A DNA stretch of 63,313 bases from an uncultured Gammaproteobacteria bacterium (lineage in GTDB: Bacteria; Patescibacteriota; Patescibacteriia; Magasanikbacterales; GWA2-37-8): the NCBI GenBank assembly GCA_964536615.1, contig CAZHYG010000005.1:1-63313 (forward strand). Direction: 5' to 3'. The position numbers and the translations under genes are program-made. Below are positions 1-9,472 of this stretch, one piece after another. Under the pieces are notes generated by a model. The model saw nothing but the letters and a program-made list of their open reading frames with translations, was not told the origin of the DNA and ran no database searches. Every line of letters starts with the position of its first letter. Position 1 is the first letter of the stretch.

Positions 1-305
1 TTTCCGGGCATAAAGAATAATCCTACCCAAGCCGCCGCCGCCAATACGCCGCCAAATAGAAGTATGCCAAAAAAAGTTTTAAACGCAGAATGTGTTTTTT
101 TGATTTTAATTTTTTTCATATCAGGTAAATGCCCTGACTCGTCTTGGTAAATTTGTGCCAGCTGTTTAGATATTTTTGTTTCTTTTAGACTCTCGCTGGA
201 TCGTGCAGCTGCGGTTTTCACCGCTCGCTTGCGGCGAGGTTTTTTAATTTCTGGTTCTGTATTTTCCGAGAGAGGGGTGGAAGAAAAAGATGGCTCTTCA
301 GGCAT
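1..305 (-). CDS. hypothetical membrane protein, N-terminal part only (runs off the left edge)
   Basis: Hand translation of the minus strand from ATG at 305 stays open to position 1 (MPEEPSFSSTPLSENTEPEIKKPRRKRAVKTAAARSSESLKE...THSAFKTFFGILLFGGVLAAAAWVGLFFMPG). It has a basic N-terminus followed by one TM helix. It lies directly downstream of the DUF4012 gene on the same strand. No clear SD. Confidence 0.4.
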   Translation of the reverse strand, partial: MPEEPSFSSTPLSENTEPEIKKPRRKRAVKTAAARSSESLKETKISKQLAQIYQDESGHLPDMKKIKIKKTHSAFKTFFGILLFGGVLAAAAWVGLFFMPG

Positions 306-331
306 ATATATTAAGGTTAGATAATTTGTAA

Positions 332-2896
332 TTATTCATTTTTTTTCATTACCAAACTCCAGATCTGATCCTGGTTAAGTGTGGTATTTGAGACAGAAAT
401 GCCGTTTGGCGCTGCTAAAACACCAAGGCCGTTATGCCAGGCTGGAGACCAGCTATCTGGGTAAATAACTTGGCTTTCAAATTCGCTATCTACGCCCGAT
501 TGCTTTTGAGCAATAAGCTGGTAGGTGGAGGCAGGATTCTGGTTTTGAAAGATTTTTGTCCAGTTATCAAGGTTCGTGCGAGCATCATCAGACCAGGCTT
601 TAAATGGCAGTTTGTAAATGAATTGCACTTGGGAAGTTTGACCCGGTTCGGTAATGATCCAGTTGCCAAATGAGGTTTTGCCAAATTCATTTATGATTTT
701 TGTTCCGGAGCTTGGGTCTGTGCCCATTTCTTTTTCCATTTGAGATAAGAAAATATCTTTTTGATACCAGTTTTCCGGCGCTTTAAACATTCTCTCGTCT
801 GGCCAGGTAAAACCGCTCGCGCGCACAAGCTCGCTCCCTTGAGGCGTATAAAGCCGTAGGTAGTCTATATTAGTTTGGCCATATAAATCTTCGTCTGGAT
901 TTCCTGTGTGCTTTCTGGTGATAACGACACTGTCTAAAATTGTTCCGTCTGGTTGCACAACGGCTTGATGGCTTATATGCTGTTTAATTTTTGCGTCGCT
1001 TTTTTGTCCCTGGATATTGGTATTTATCACCATCATGTAATCTTGGTTTTCTTGAGTGGCGGAAATTTCACCAGTCCACCCGAATTCATGCATGGTGCGC
1101 TGAGTGTTTTGGTCGGTAAAGTATGATTGGATTTCTTTTTTCTGCAGCGCGTCTTCCAGGTTAATCAGTATTGGCAAAATATCCTGTGGTTTGGTGTGTT
1201 TGAAATTTTCAATAAAAATACCAGCTAAATCTGAAATAATCTGTTTTGGTTTTTTTTCTTTTTTCTCCGGTCCAAATTCTACAATATGCTGTATGGTATC
1301 AAGTGCGTTGTGTTGATCAATCAGCAGATTTCTATCTTCAGAAAGTATAGGGCCGGTAATCTGTAGCAGCCGGTTAAGTACAGTGGCGTTAATAGCAATA
1401 ACACCATCTGCGGTAATATTGCGGCTGTGCCTGTAAAACCAAAGCATTTTTTGAGCGCTGGCGGAAAAATCTGGAAACCAGTTTGCGTCTTGGAATTCCC
1501 AGCGCTTATTGGATAATAATAGCGGGGTAGGAGGGGTAACATATTCGGATAATTGGCCTTGTAAATCATATGATCCGCCAGCTGGAATGTCTATGTTAAC
1601 AATTTGCCCATCTTTGATGTCTGCTAAAGCAAAACTGCCGGCAAATCCTCCAGTAGGACGGATTTCTGCCGGGTTTTGAAATACGAGCAGGTATCGGCGC
1701 AAACCTTTGCCGCCAAATATTTCTTGCACAGCCGTGCTTAATTGGCTAATTTTTTGTAAATCTTGTACGTAGAGGTTAAAAAGTACGCGGAATTCTTTAA
1801 AAGTATCTTGGTATTCAAAAGGTAAAACATCGGAATCAATATCGTTTAAATCGGTGAGAGCGGTATTGTAATGCGGCAGGGAAGCATCAAGATGGTTTTT
1901 GATTAACGTTAGGTTTGCGGTTAGTGTTGAAGATGTGTTTTCTTTGATCTCGGATAGGCCCTTAAGTAGATAGGTGTTGCCTAGAGAAATCTCTTGTCCG
2001 GCTGTAATGAGTTTTTGGCGGCCGGTAATTTCTTTATTGACCACAGGCACGGATGCAACTATTTTTTGTAAAAAATTATATTGGTTGTTGATAGTGCCAA
2101 CAGCTGCATCAAAATTTTGTAATGCCGCAGTAAGCGATGTTTGAGCATCGGATAGGTTGCCGCTCATAAGTGCTGAAGTTGAATCGTGCAACGCCGAAAA
2201 ACCAGCAGTGCTGTTGTTGCTTACCTGGTCTGCAGTATTGCGAAGGTTTGAGTAGTAGGTACGGGCGTGAGTTGGAATAAAAAGCAGGCAGAGCACAGCC
2301 ATGGAAATGCCGACAATATGTTTTGGAGCTACGGATTTTGCAACTGTGTGTACAGTGCGCTGGTGTGCGTTTTTTATATGATATAAAACTTTTTTTAGGT
2401 TTTGTTTGGTGCGAGATGGGCGAGCTGGGTATGTGATGGTCGTCTGAGGTTTTGGGGTGGCGACTGGCGCAGCAGGAATGTGAGGATTTTGTGTTTTTGC
2501 TTTTTCAGCCTCTGCCAAAATTTTGTTTGGAATAAAAGAGATTGCCGGCTGGGGCAGTGTTGTTTTTTTAGGGGTGTCATGGAAGAAATAGAAATCTTTT
2601 TTTTCTGCAGGCGCTGCCGATTCAATGGTGTGATGCAAAGAACTTGTTTGTTCTTTGAGGTTTACCACATGTGGAGACTCGTGATTTTGATATTGCACAT
2701 GATGTACAAAAAAACTGAGCGGTTGGCGCACCGTTTGCCTGGTTGGTTCTGATGCTGTTTCTGTATATAGGGCGTGTGAGTCTTCGCGGTCAATTTTTTG
2801 CTGACAAGTAGATTTGTTATGCCCTGTTTTTTGGCAGAAACCACACCGGCGAACCTGAATTTGCGAGGTTGGCGCAGTTGTTTTTTTCATGAACAA
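332..2896 (-). CDS. DUF4012 domain membrane protein with N-terminal CCHC zinc knuckle
   Basis: 854-aa ORF. It has CX2CX4HX4C near the N-terminus, a low-complexity linker and one TM (ISMAVLCLLFI). A large outer domain follows with YLLVFQNPAEIRPTGGFAGSFA ... ANWFPDF, which I recognise as DUF4012. It sits at the end of the glycosyltransferase cluster. Confidence 0.8.
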   Translation of the reverse strand: MFMKKTTAPTSQIQVRRCGFCQKTGHNKSTCQQKIDREDSHALYTETASEPTRQTVRQPLSFFVHHVQYQNHESPHVVNLKEQTSSLHHTIESAAPAEKKDFYFFHDTPKKTTLPQPAISFIPNKILAEAEKAKTQNPHIPAAPVATPKPQTTITYPARPSRTKQNLKKVLYHIKNAHQRTVHTVAKSVAPKHIVGISMAVLCLLFIPTHARTYYSNLRNTADQVSNNSTAGFSALHDSTSALMSGNLSDAQTSLTAALQNFDAAVGTINNQYNFLQKIVASVPVVNKEITGRQKLITAGQEISLGNTYLLKGLSEIKENTSSTLTANLTLIKNHLDASLPHYNTALTDLNDIDSDVLPFEYQDTFKEFRVLFNLYVQDLQKISQLSTAVQEIFGGKGLRRYLLVFQNPAEIRPTGGFAGSFALADIKDGQIVNIDIPAGGSYDLQGQLSEYVTPPTPLLLSNKRWEFQDANWFPDFSASAQKMLWFYRHSRNITADGVIAINATVLNRLLQITGPILSEDRNLLIDQHNALDTIQHIVEFGPEKKEKKPKQIISDLAGIFIENFKHTKPQDILPILINLEDALQKKEIQSYFTDQNTQRTMHEFGWTGEISATQENQDYMMVINTNIQGQKSDAKIKQHISHQAVVQPDGTILDSVVITRKHTGNPDEDLYGQTNIDYLRLYTPQGSELVRASGFTWPDERMFKAPENWYQKDIFLSQMEKEMGTDPSSGTKIINEFGKTSFGNWIITEPGQTSQVQFIYKLPFKAWSDDARTNLDNWTKIFQNQNPASTYQLIAQKQSGVDSEFESQVIYPDSWSPAWHNGLGVLAAPNGISVSNTTLNQDQIWSLVMKKNE

Positions 2897-2978
2897 AAAA
2901 AGTATTCTACTACCGTATAGTATACACTATTTTTGTGTTTTTGAGGACACTGTTTTTTGCAAAATGCCTGTGTATAAT

Positions 2979-4115
2979 TTAGGCAATTGCCAGAGCTTTT
3001 TTGATATGCTCAATAAATGTTTTTTCAGAGAAACGATCCGCAGTTTTGTAACACTGGGCTTCCATAGCTTGAGCCTTATCTACGGTCATTGATTGTATGG
3101 CATTTTGTAGATCTGTAACGCTAAAATGAGGGGGTAGTAGAGTGCCAGTTTTATCATGGTCAATAATTTCTAATAGTCCGCCTTCAGCCACGCCGATTAC
3201 CGGTTTACCAGCTTTCATGGATTCAACTGCGCTCATGCCAAAATCTTCTCGTATTGGTATGTAAATGGTTGCCAGGCAGTTGCCCAAATAGTGCAGCAAC
3301 TGATCATTATCTATCCATCCAAGAATGGTTATATTATCATGCCCCTGAGCCATTTTTTTAATTTTTTCCAACTCTGGCCCGCCCGAAGCAACCACTAGTT
3401 TTTTATCAGGCATGCGTGTAAAAGCTTCCACGATTTTATCTACGCGTTTTACATCATATAGGCGAGCCCAAGAAAAGAAATAATCGCCATAACCGAGATT
3501 TTTAAACGGCAGCGTATCGCAGGGCGGATATACTATGGTGGAATCAAGACCGAGATATTGCTTGATTCTGCTTTGGGTATTTCGTGAGTTGGTAATAATT
3601 AAGTCGAGCCGTTGAGCGAGTTGTTCAAAACGCCAGCGGTTAAACCGAACAAAAGGGATGAAAATAATTTTTTTCCACCACGGGTATGAATTGAGCCGGT
3701 CTTGATAGGTGTCATACAGATGTCGAGGAGGAGTGTGCATGTAGGCAATGTGCCGAGGAAATGAGATGCCTGTTTTTTTGCGCAATGCTTTGCGAATCAG
3801 CATTGGAATCATGCCGATTAAGCAATCGCCGCTATAGATGATAATATCGTAATGTTTGGCAAAATATGTTTTAAATAAAAAAGATAGCTGAACCTGCAAA
3901 TAGCGGAAGCCAGGCAGGCGCGACCATGATTTTTCTTTGTATAATTCTATAGCTCGGATACCTTCATCGTGGGGGTTAAATGCGTCTTTGGCAATAAAAG
4001 CTGTAGCTATATCGGCCTGTAGATTTTTAGCTAAACTGATTACCAGACGTTCGCCTCCGCCCTTGTAGATGAAATAATCATGCATTATAAGAATACGGGG
4101 TGTGTGGTTCGGCAT
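2979..4115 (-). CDS. glycosyltransferase family 4 (GT-B fold)
   Basis: 378-aa ORF. The N-terminus ILIMHDYFIYKGGGERL and the C-terminal FGMSAVESMKAGKPVIGVAEGGLLEII (E-x7-E motif) are typical of GT4. Confidence 0.85.
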   Translation of the reverse strand: MPNHTPRILIMHDYFIYKGGGERLVISLAKNLQADIATAFIAKDAFNPHDEGIRAIELYKEKSWSRLPGFRYLQVQLSFLFKTYFAKHYDIIIYSGDCLIGMIPMLIRKALRKKTGISFPRHIAYMHTPPRHLYDTYQDRLNSYPWWKKIIFIPFVRFNRWRFEQLAQRLDLIITNSRNTQSRIKQYLGLDSTIVYPPCDTLPFKNLGYGDYFFSWARLYDVKRVDKIVEAFTRMPDKKLVVASGGPELEKIKKMAQGHDNITILGWIDNDQLLHYLGNCLATIYIPIREDFGMSAVESMKAGKPVIGVAEGGLLEIIDHDKTGTLLPPHFSVTDLQNAIQSMTVDKAQAMEAQCYKTADRFSEKTFIEHIKKALAIA

Positions 4116-4172
4116 ACGGAAAAAATTAGTGTGTACAATATTGCGTATTATCCCACAGATATGCTCACTTGT

Positions 4173-5321
4173 TCAAGATTGCGATTCTAGAATTCGTAAA
4201 AAATTTTGAGCGGTATTGCGCCAGTTAAATTGGCTGGCTTGCGCTCTGCTCTTTTCGGAAAGATGTTGGTGAAGGCGTGGGTCAGAGATGATGCGGTTGA
4301 TGGCTTGAGCTATGTCTCCCGGTCTGTTAGGGTCGGTTAAAATTGCGGCATTACCGGTAATTTCCGGCAAGGACGAACGGTTTGAAGTTATAACGGGCGT
4401 GCCACAGCTCATCGCCTCAATTACTGGCAAGCCAAAACCTTCATAGAAGCTGGGGTAAACAAATAAGCGAGATAGCCCATATAAGGCCGGTTTTTCCTGA
4501 GCCTCTACGGAGCCAATAAAATGGATTTTTTCTTTAAAAGGAGAAGATTGATAAGCGTGGTAGATTTGTTGGTTGTTCCAGCCTGGATATCCGGCGATAA
4601 CCAGATGGTATTGAGGGGAGGCGGGAGAGAACAGTTCAAACGCTTTAATGAGTCCTGTAATATTTTTTCTTGGCTCAATAGTGCTTATGCATAAGATAAA
4701 ATTTTTTGGAAGCGCATATTTTTTTGCAATTGATGCAGTATCTGCTGGTTGAATCAGATTTGGGGCGGTGACGCCGGGATATAAAACCTCTATTTTTTCA
4801 GGTGCGATACCGTATTTGGAAATAAGATCTTTTTTTGTATAAAGCGAGGGGGTGAGTATGCGATAGGCTGTTTGGCACTGGGTGCGCGGTGCAATGGCTC
4901 TATGCCATAGGCGCTGCTTGAGTGAAAAGAATTCGGGATACAGCTCAAAAGAAAGATCATGAACGGTTAGAATATGCTTGGTGTTTTTTGAGAGGGCTGT
5001 AAAATTTAAATTGGGAGAAAAGAAAAAATCTAAGGACGCGCCGTTTAATTTTTTGGTGAGCAGCGCATCTATGCGAGGCCGGTGCAATATTTTTGTCGCC
5101 AGGTTGAATACTTTATTTGGCCATGGGTGTGAGATGGTGTAAATAGATGGTTGGCGCCAAACGGGAAGATTCTTGCTGATATCACGATACGAATTATAAA
5201 AGAGGAAATATTCGTGCTGCTTGTCTGTGGTAAACAGAGCGTCAAGAAGTTGAAAGGTAAATTCGCCTACACCGGATCGGATTGGCGACATAAGCGGTCG
5301 TATATCAATGCCGATTCGCAT
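4173..5321 (-). CDS. glycosyltransferase family 4/1
   Basis: 382-aa ORF. YPSFYEGFGLPVIEAMSCGTPVITSNRSSLPEITG is the canonical GT4 donor-binding motif. Confidence 0.85.
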   Translation of the reverse strand: MRIGIDIRPLMSPIRSGVGEFTFQLLDALFTTDKQHEYFLFYNSYRDISKNLPVWRQPSIYTISHPWPNKVFNLATKILHRPRIDALLTKKLNGASLDFFFSPNLNFTALSKNTKHILTVHDLSFELYPEFFSLKQRLWHRAIAPRTQCQTAYRILTPSLYTKKDLISKYGIAPEKIEVLYPGVTAPNLIQPADTASIAKKYALPKNFILCISTIEPRKNITGLIKAFELFSPASPQYHLVIAGYPGWNNQQIYHAYQSSPFKEKIHFIGSVEAQEKPALYGLSRLFVYPSFYEGFGLPVIEAMSCGTPVITSNRSSLPEITGNAAILTDPNRPGDIAQAINRIISDPRLHQHLSEKSRAQASQFNWRNTAQNFLRILESQS

Positions 5322-5322
5322 A

Positions 5323-6450
5323 TTAAGTGGCGGTCGTAAATAACGGCTCCTGTTTTAGATTGCGAGTAAATTCTTCGTATCGGTCGGCAATATATGTCTG
5401 TATACCTTGTTTAAAGTGTTGTGCGTCAAACTGTTTGGCATGTTGCCGTATTTTTGCGCTATCCCATTGTTGATGATTAAAACCAAGCAGGGTATCAAGT
5501 AGCGACTCCCAGGTCTGAGAGTGAAAAAAAATTCCAGTTTCGTTTGGTATGATGGTTTCGCTGGCGCCTCCATGCGCAAATGCAATTACCGGTCGTCCGC
5601 AGGCCATAGCTTCAACCGCGGTGATGCCAAAATCCTCCAGTTGCGGGTGGATAAAAGCGCGAGCACCAGATAGGATGCGGTATTTTTCTTCATCCGAAAT
5701 ATGGCCCAAGAATTCAATATTTGGTTTAGCCATCTTTTGTAAAGATGTTAGTTCTGGTCCGTCTCCAAAAATTTTTAATGGCCAGCGCAATCTGTTAAAT
5801 GCCTGTATCATTAAATCAAATCGTTTGTAGCCAACGAGTCGTCCCCCGCCTACAAAGTAGTCGCCGGGCTTTTCCAAAGAACAGGAGGTAAGTTCTACTG
5901 GAGGGTAAATAACAGTGCTTTCTCGGCGGTAATATTTTTGTATGCGCTGCGAAACAGTGCGTGAATTTGCAATAAAGTGGTCAACTCTATCAACACTCAT
6001 CTTGTCCCATATGCGAAGTCTGTGAATAAAAGAGGGAAGAACATATTTGATTAGACGGCTTTGTTTTAAATCTGTGATATAGGTGTGGTTGTCTGCCCAC
6101 AGAAAACGAGCGGGTGTATGGCAGTAGGAGATATGCAGTGTGTGCGGTCCGGTAATGATGCCCTTGGCGAACATGCTTGAAGTTGAAATAACTATATCAA
6201 AATCAGTTAAGTCGTGCTGTTCGGTAGCGAGCGGCATTAGAGGGAGATACCATTGGTAGGCTGTATTATGGAACGGCAGTTTTGCTAAAAAAGATTCATG
6301 AATATTATTGTGGTTGAGATATGGTATTTTTTCTTTATCATGAAACAAGACAAAAATAGGCGCTTCAGGCCACATGTGATGTAGTGTTTTTAATACGCGC
6401 TCCGCACCTCCGTCTTGCGCCAAATAATCATGTACTAACGCAATTTTCAT
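5323..6450 (-). CDS. glycosyltransferase family 4
   Basis: The ORF-track start at 6537 overlaps the upstream gene. The internal start MKIALVHDYLAQDGGAERV at 6450 gives the usual GT4 N-terminus and removes the overlap. C-terminal motif: EDFGITAVEAMACGRPVIAFAHGGASETI. Confidence 0.85.
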   Translation of the reverse strand: MKIALVHDYLAQDGGAERVLKTLHHMWPEAPIFVLFHDKEKIPYLNHNNIHESFLAKLPFHNTAYQWYLPLMPLATEQHDLTDFDIVISTSSMFAKGIITGPHTLHISYCHTPARFLWADNHTYITDLKQSRLIKYVLPSFIHRLRIWDKMSVDRVDHFIANSRTVSQRIQKYYRRESTVIYPPVELTSCSLEKPGDYFVGGGRLVGYKRFDLMIQAFNRLRWPLKIFGDGPELTSLQKMAKPNIEFLGHISDEEKYRILSGARAFIHPQLEDFGITAVEAMACGRPVIAFAHGGASETIIPNETGIFFHSQTWESLLDTLLGFNHQQWDSAKIRQHAKQFDAQHFKQGIQTYIADRYEEFTRNLKQEPLFTTAT

Positions 6451-6458
6451 ATCATGTG

Positions 6459-7880
6459 TTAAACCACAGAGCCTTTTCGGGTCAAAATAATAAATGGAGT
6501 CTTGATAAGAATTATTAAGTCCATGTATAGGCTCCAATTTTCAATATAAAATGTATCCAAATTTATTTCTTCTTCGTAGCTTAAGTTGCTGCGCCCGGAA
6601 ATTTGCGATAATCCGGTAATGCCAGGTTTGATTGCCAAGACAATTTTATGCTGTCGTTTATATCCTTGTACTTCGCGAGGCTGGTGTGGGCGCGGCCCTA
6701 CTAAACTCATGTCTCCGGCGAGGACATTGAAAAATTGAGGCAGTTCATCAATGCTCCAGCGTCGTAGAAATTTACCTGCCTTGGTAATTCGAGGATCATC
6801 TTTGATTTTATAAATCGGGCCAGACTTAATACTTTGTTTTTCAATAAGTTCTTTTTCTGTCGCCAGCGCATCTTCTCCCTGTTTGCCAAATTGAATGCCC
6901 GTTGAAAATTTTTGGTACATGGTTCTAAATTTGAGCGCGAAGAATTTTTTATCTTCTTGTCCAACCCGTTCATTTTTATAAATTATCGGAAAACCCGTTT
7001 CCAGCGCTACAATAAGAGAGCTGATGATAAATAAAGGTGAAAAAATTATGATAAAAAATATGCTGAGCAAAATATCGACTGCTCGTTTGATTATTCTGCT
7101 CCATCCGGTGAGGCGAGTAAGGCGCAGTTCAATAATGGGTATGCCGCCGAGAGTGCTTACAGCCATGTTGGTGGAGATGGTCGAGAATAAATCAGCTGAG
7201 TAGCGAAATGTAATATGGTGTTCGTTGGCAAAGTCTATGGCTTCTATAGCTTCGTCGCCGTGCGCTTTTGGGTCGGTAAAAATAATTTCATTAGGCCGGT
7301 TTTGCAAGAGAGCGTTTCTGGTATCTAGGGTAAAATGAGGGTAAGTGCCAATAACTTTATATCCCAGGCTTGGGCGCGAAAGAAGAGATTCTTTTATCTG
7401 TTCAGCAATTTTTTCTTTACCGATAATAACAGTAGTGCGCAAGCCAAAGCCCATGATATATAAAAGTTTTTTTAAACCATTCATAGCTATGCGTCCGGCG
7501 CAGACGTAGGTCATAGCCAATATCCATCCGACTAAGATTAGAAAACGCGAATCAAATTTTTGTAGGCTAAAAAATACATATATAGTAATGGCGGCAAAAC
7601 CGGTTGAGCAGGCAAATACCACTTTGGTTAGGTCTCCGGCCAAGGTTCGGTGGTAGCTTGTTTTGTATAGGCCTGACAGTGCAAAAATAAGTATCCACCC
7701 CAAGGCGGTAATGAGTACGAGCGGCCAATATGTTTCCCAAGAAAGGTTAAAAAGCACCGGACGAATATTTTTTGTAAATGCAGTAAAGCGGAGCAGGTAT
7801 GCGGTAAAACCAGCTAGAACGATCAGGATATAGTCAAGCGGCAGTTGAAAAAAAGCAAGGGTGAGATCTAGTTTTTTCAT
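6459..7880 (-). CDS. polyprenyl-phosphate sugar phosphotransferase (WbaP/WcaJ/EpsL-like priming transferase)
   Basis: 473 aa with N-terminal TM helices. The C-terminal bacterial sugar transferase domain reads FRTMY...DPRITKAGKFLRRWSIDELPQFFNVLAGDMSLVGPRP. Confidence 0.9.
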   Translation of the reverse strand: MKKLDLTLAFFQLPLDYILIVLAGFTAYLLRFTAFTKNIRPVLFNLSWETYWPLVLITALGWILIFALSGLYKTSYHRTLAGDLTKVVFACSTGFAAITIYVFFSLQKFDSRFLILVGWILAMTYVCAGRIAMNGLKKLLYIMGFGLRTTVIIGKEKIAEQIKESLLSRPSLGYKVIGTYPHFTLDTRNALLQNRPNEIIFTDPKAHGDEAIEAIDFANEHHITFRYSADLFSTISTNMAVSTLGGIPIIELRLTRLTGWSRIIKRAVDILLSIFFIIIFSPLFIISSLIVALETGFPIIYKNERVGQEDKKFFALKFRTMYQKFSTGIQFGKQGEDALATEKELIEKQSIKSGPIYKIKDDPRITKAGKFLRRWSIDELPQFFNVLAGDMSLVGPRPHQPREVQGYKRQHKIVLAIKPGITGLSQISGRSNLSYEEEINLDTFYIENWSLYMDLIILIKTPFIILTRKGSVV

Positions 7881-7985
7881 ATATTGAAACCAATAGTGTA
7901 TATATTTATCATATTTTATCCTAGTTTTTTGGTTTAAGCAAGAAAAAAATGTCTGTGGCCATGCTGGTTTTTTTGCCTTTGTTTA

Positions 7986-8014
7986 TTGACAAAATGGCCA
8001 AGATATGGTATTCT
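7986..8014 (+). promoter_or_regulatory. sigma70-type promoter TTGACA-17-TATTCT for RNase P RNA
   Basis: TTGACA at 7986-7991, a 17-nt spacer, then TATTCT at 8009-8014. It lies just upstream of the RNase P RNA 5' end. The TTATTGACAAAAT context recurs at 29400. Confidence 0.5.
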
Positions 8015-8018
8015 ATGG

Positions 8019-8416
8019 CCGTAGCGATGATCGCCTTGGCGCAAGCCAGGGAGGAAAGTCCGAACATTCCCTCTGTATAGTCACGCCGGAGGAGAAAAGT
8101 AGCGGGTAACTCCCGTCGCCTCGGGTAATACCGAGATGAGGTGCGAGCAGAGACGTTTCTTTTCGAAAGGAAAGAAAGAGCAAACCTTAAATTCGTGTTA
8201 AATCATGAGTTATTGCTTAGCTCTTAGCGGAGGTAACAAGCTAAGAGGTGAAACGGCTAAATCCTTACTCGAATGCAAGAGCAGCCCTAAATTGGAGTAA
8301 TCCATTTTTTGGAAAAGTTCGCTCGCTTAAGAATGGCGGTAACGCCATCTCTAGATAAATGATCATCTCTCTTAAAAATTTATTTTTAAGAGTTACAAAA
8401 TTCGGCTTAAGCTATA
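8019..8416 (+). ncRNA. rnpB: RNase P RNA (bacterial type A-like)
   Basis: Universal motifs AGGGAGGAAAGTCCGAAC near the 5' end and ACAAAATTCGGCTTAAG near the 3' end (compare GAGGAAAGUCCGGGC and ACAGAACCCGGCUUA). P1 can form as GTAGC/GCTAT and P2 as GATGATC/GATCATC. The segment is a GC-enriched patch in an AT-rich spacer. The ends are approximate. Confidence 0.85.
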
Positions 8417-8420
8417 AAAA

Positions 8421-8450
8421 AATATCCCGGTAATACGGGATATTTTTTTA
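8421..8450. terminator. bidirectional rho-independent terminator (rnpB / dehydrogenase)
   Basis: Stem AATATCCCG / CGGGATATT with loop GTAATA, flanked by an A-run and a T-run. Confidence 0.6.
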
Positions 8451-8451
8451 T

Positions 8452-9462
8452 TTATTTTTTATTTGTTATGTCGTTAGCAGTTTTATTTTTAGAAAATGAT
8501 TGTATATTTTCTATCGTAACATCCAAGATTCGTTGAATGGCCTCGGTGCTGTTGAAAGCGTTATGTGGTGTGACGATGCTATTTGGGTGGTCAATAATAA
8601 TATTGTTGAGCATGGTTGTTTTTATCTTGCAATCATCTTTGCATGATATAACTTCTTCGTAGTTTTGAATTAAATTTTCATCTTCTAAGACATCAAGCCC
8701 AACTCCAGATAAGCGGTTGCTTTGCAAACCCCAGACAATTGCTTCTGGCTCAACTAGTGCGCCGCGAGCCGTGTTAATAAGATATGCCCCCGCTTTAATT
8801 TTTTTGATATTCTTCTTATTTATCAGATGTCGGGTTGAAGGCAAGAGTGGCGTATGCAGGCTTATAATGTCGGAAGAGGCGAGTAGTTTTTCAAGCGTAA
8901 GATAAGTAAAGCCGAATTCTTTTGCCTTATCTTTATTTGGAAACGCATCATAGGCAACAATTTTTGCCTCAAAGCCGGTTAGCATCTTAATTAAATGCAT
9001 GCCAATATGTCCGGTGCCAACTACGCCGATTGTTTTTCCTTTAATATCAATACCTCGTAAGCCATGGAAATCGTACATGCCCTCTTTAACCCTTTTTACA
9101 GATGGAAATAATTTACGTGTTAAACCAAGTATTAGAGCCATCGCATGTTCGGCTACGGTGTTTTCTCCATAGGTTGGTACGTTGCAAACGGGAATACTTC
9201 GATTTTTGGCAGTTTCCAAATCAACATGATCAAACCCCGTACTCATGGTTGCAATCATTTTTAGGTTAGGAAGACTCTCTATAATTTTTTTTGTTACGGG
9301 TGCTTCTACAAATACAGCTAGAATGTTGGTTTGCGGATTAATATTTTTTTCGGTGATTTTTTCCGGGGATGTGAGTACAGAAAAACCTTTGAGTTTTGTT
9401 TTTACATATTCCTGCATTTCAGGCCAGATGCCATAAAATGCAACCGTTGGTTTTTTAGGCAT
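8452..9462 (-). CDS. D-isomer-specific 2-hydroxyacid dehydrogenase (LdhA/PGDH-like)
   Basis: 336 aa. NAD-binding motif GVVGTGHIGMHL, plus NTARG, LDVLEDE and TPHNAF, which are typical of the family. Confidence 0.85.
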   Translation of the reverse strand: MPKKPTVAFYGIWPEMQEYVKTKLKGFSVLTSPEKITEKNINPQTNILAVFVEAPVTKKIIESLPNLKMIATMSTGFDHVDLETAKNRSIPVCNVPTYGENTVAEHAMALILGLTRKLFPSVKRVKEGMYDFHGLRGIDIKGKTIGVVGTGHIGMHLIKMLTGFEAKIVAYDAFPNKDKAKEFGFTYLTLEKLLASSDIISLHTPLLPSTRHLINKKNIKKIKAGAYLINTARGALVEPEAIVWGLQSNRLSGVGLDVLEDENLIQNYEEVISCKDDCKIKTTMLNNIIIDHPNSIVTPHNAFNSTEAIQRILDVTIENIQSFSKNKTANDITNKK

Positions 9463-9472
9463 ATAAAAATTA

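Noticed and set aside
6459-6537. 79-nt overlap between the third glycosyltransferase and the sugar transferase
   Set aside because: This is an artefact of taking the longest ORF. The internal start MKIALVHDY at 6450 matches GT4 N-termini and removes the overlap.
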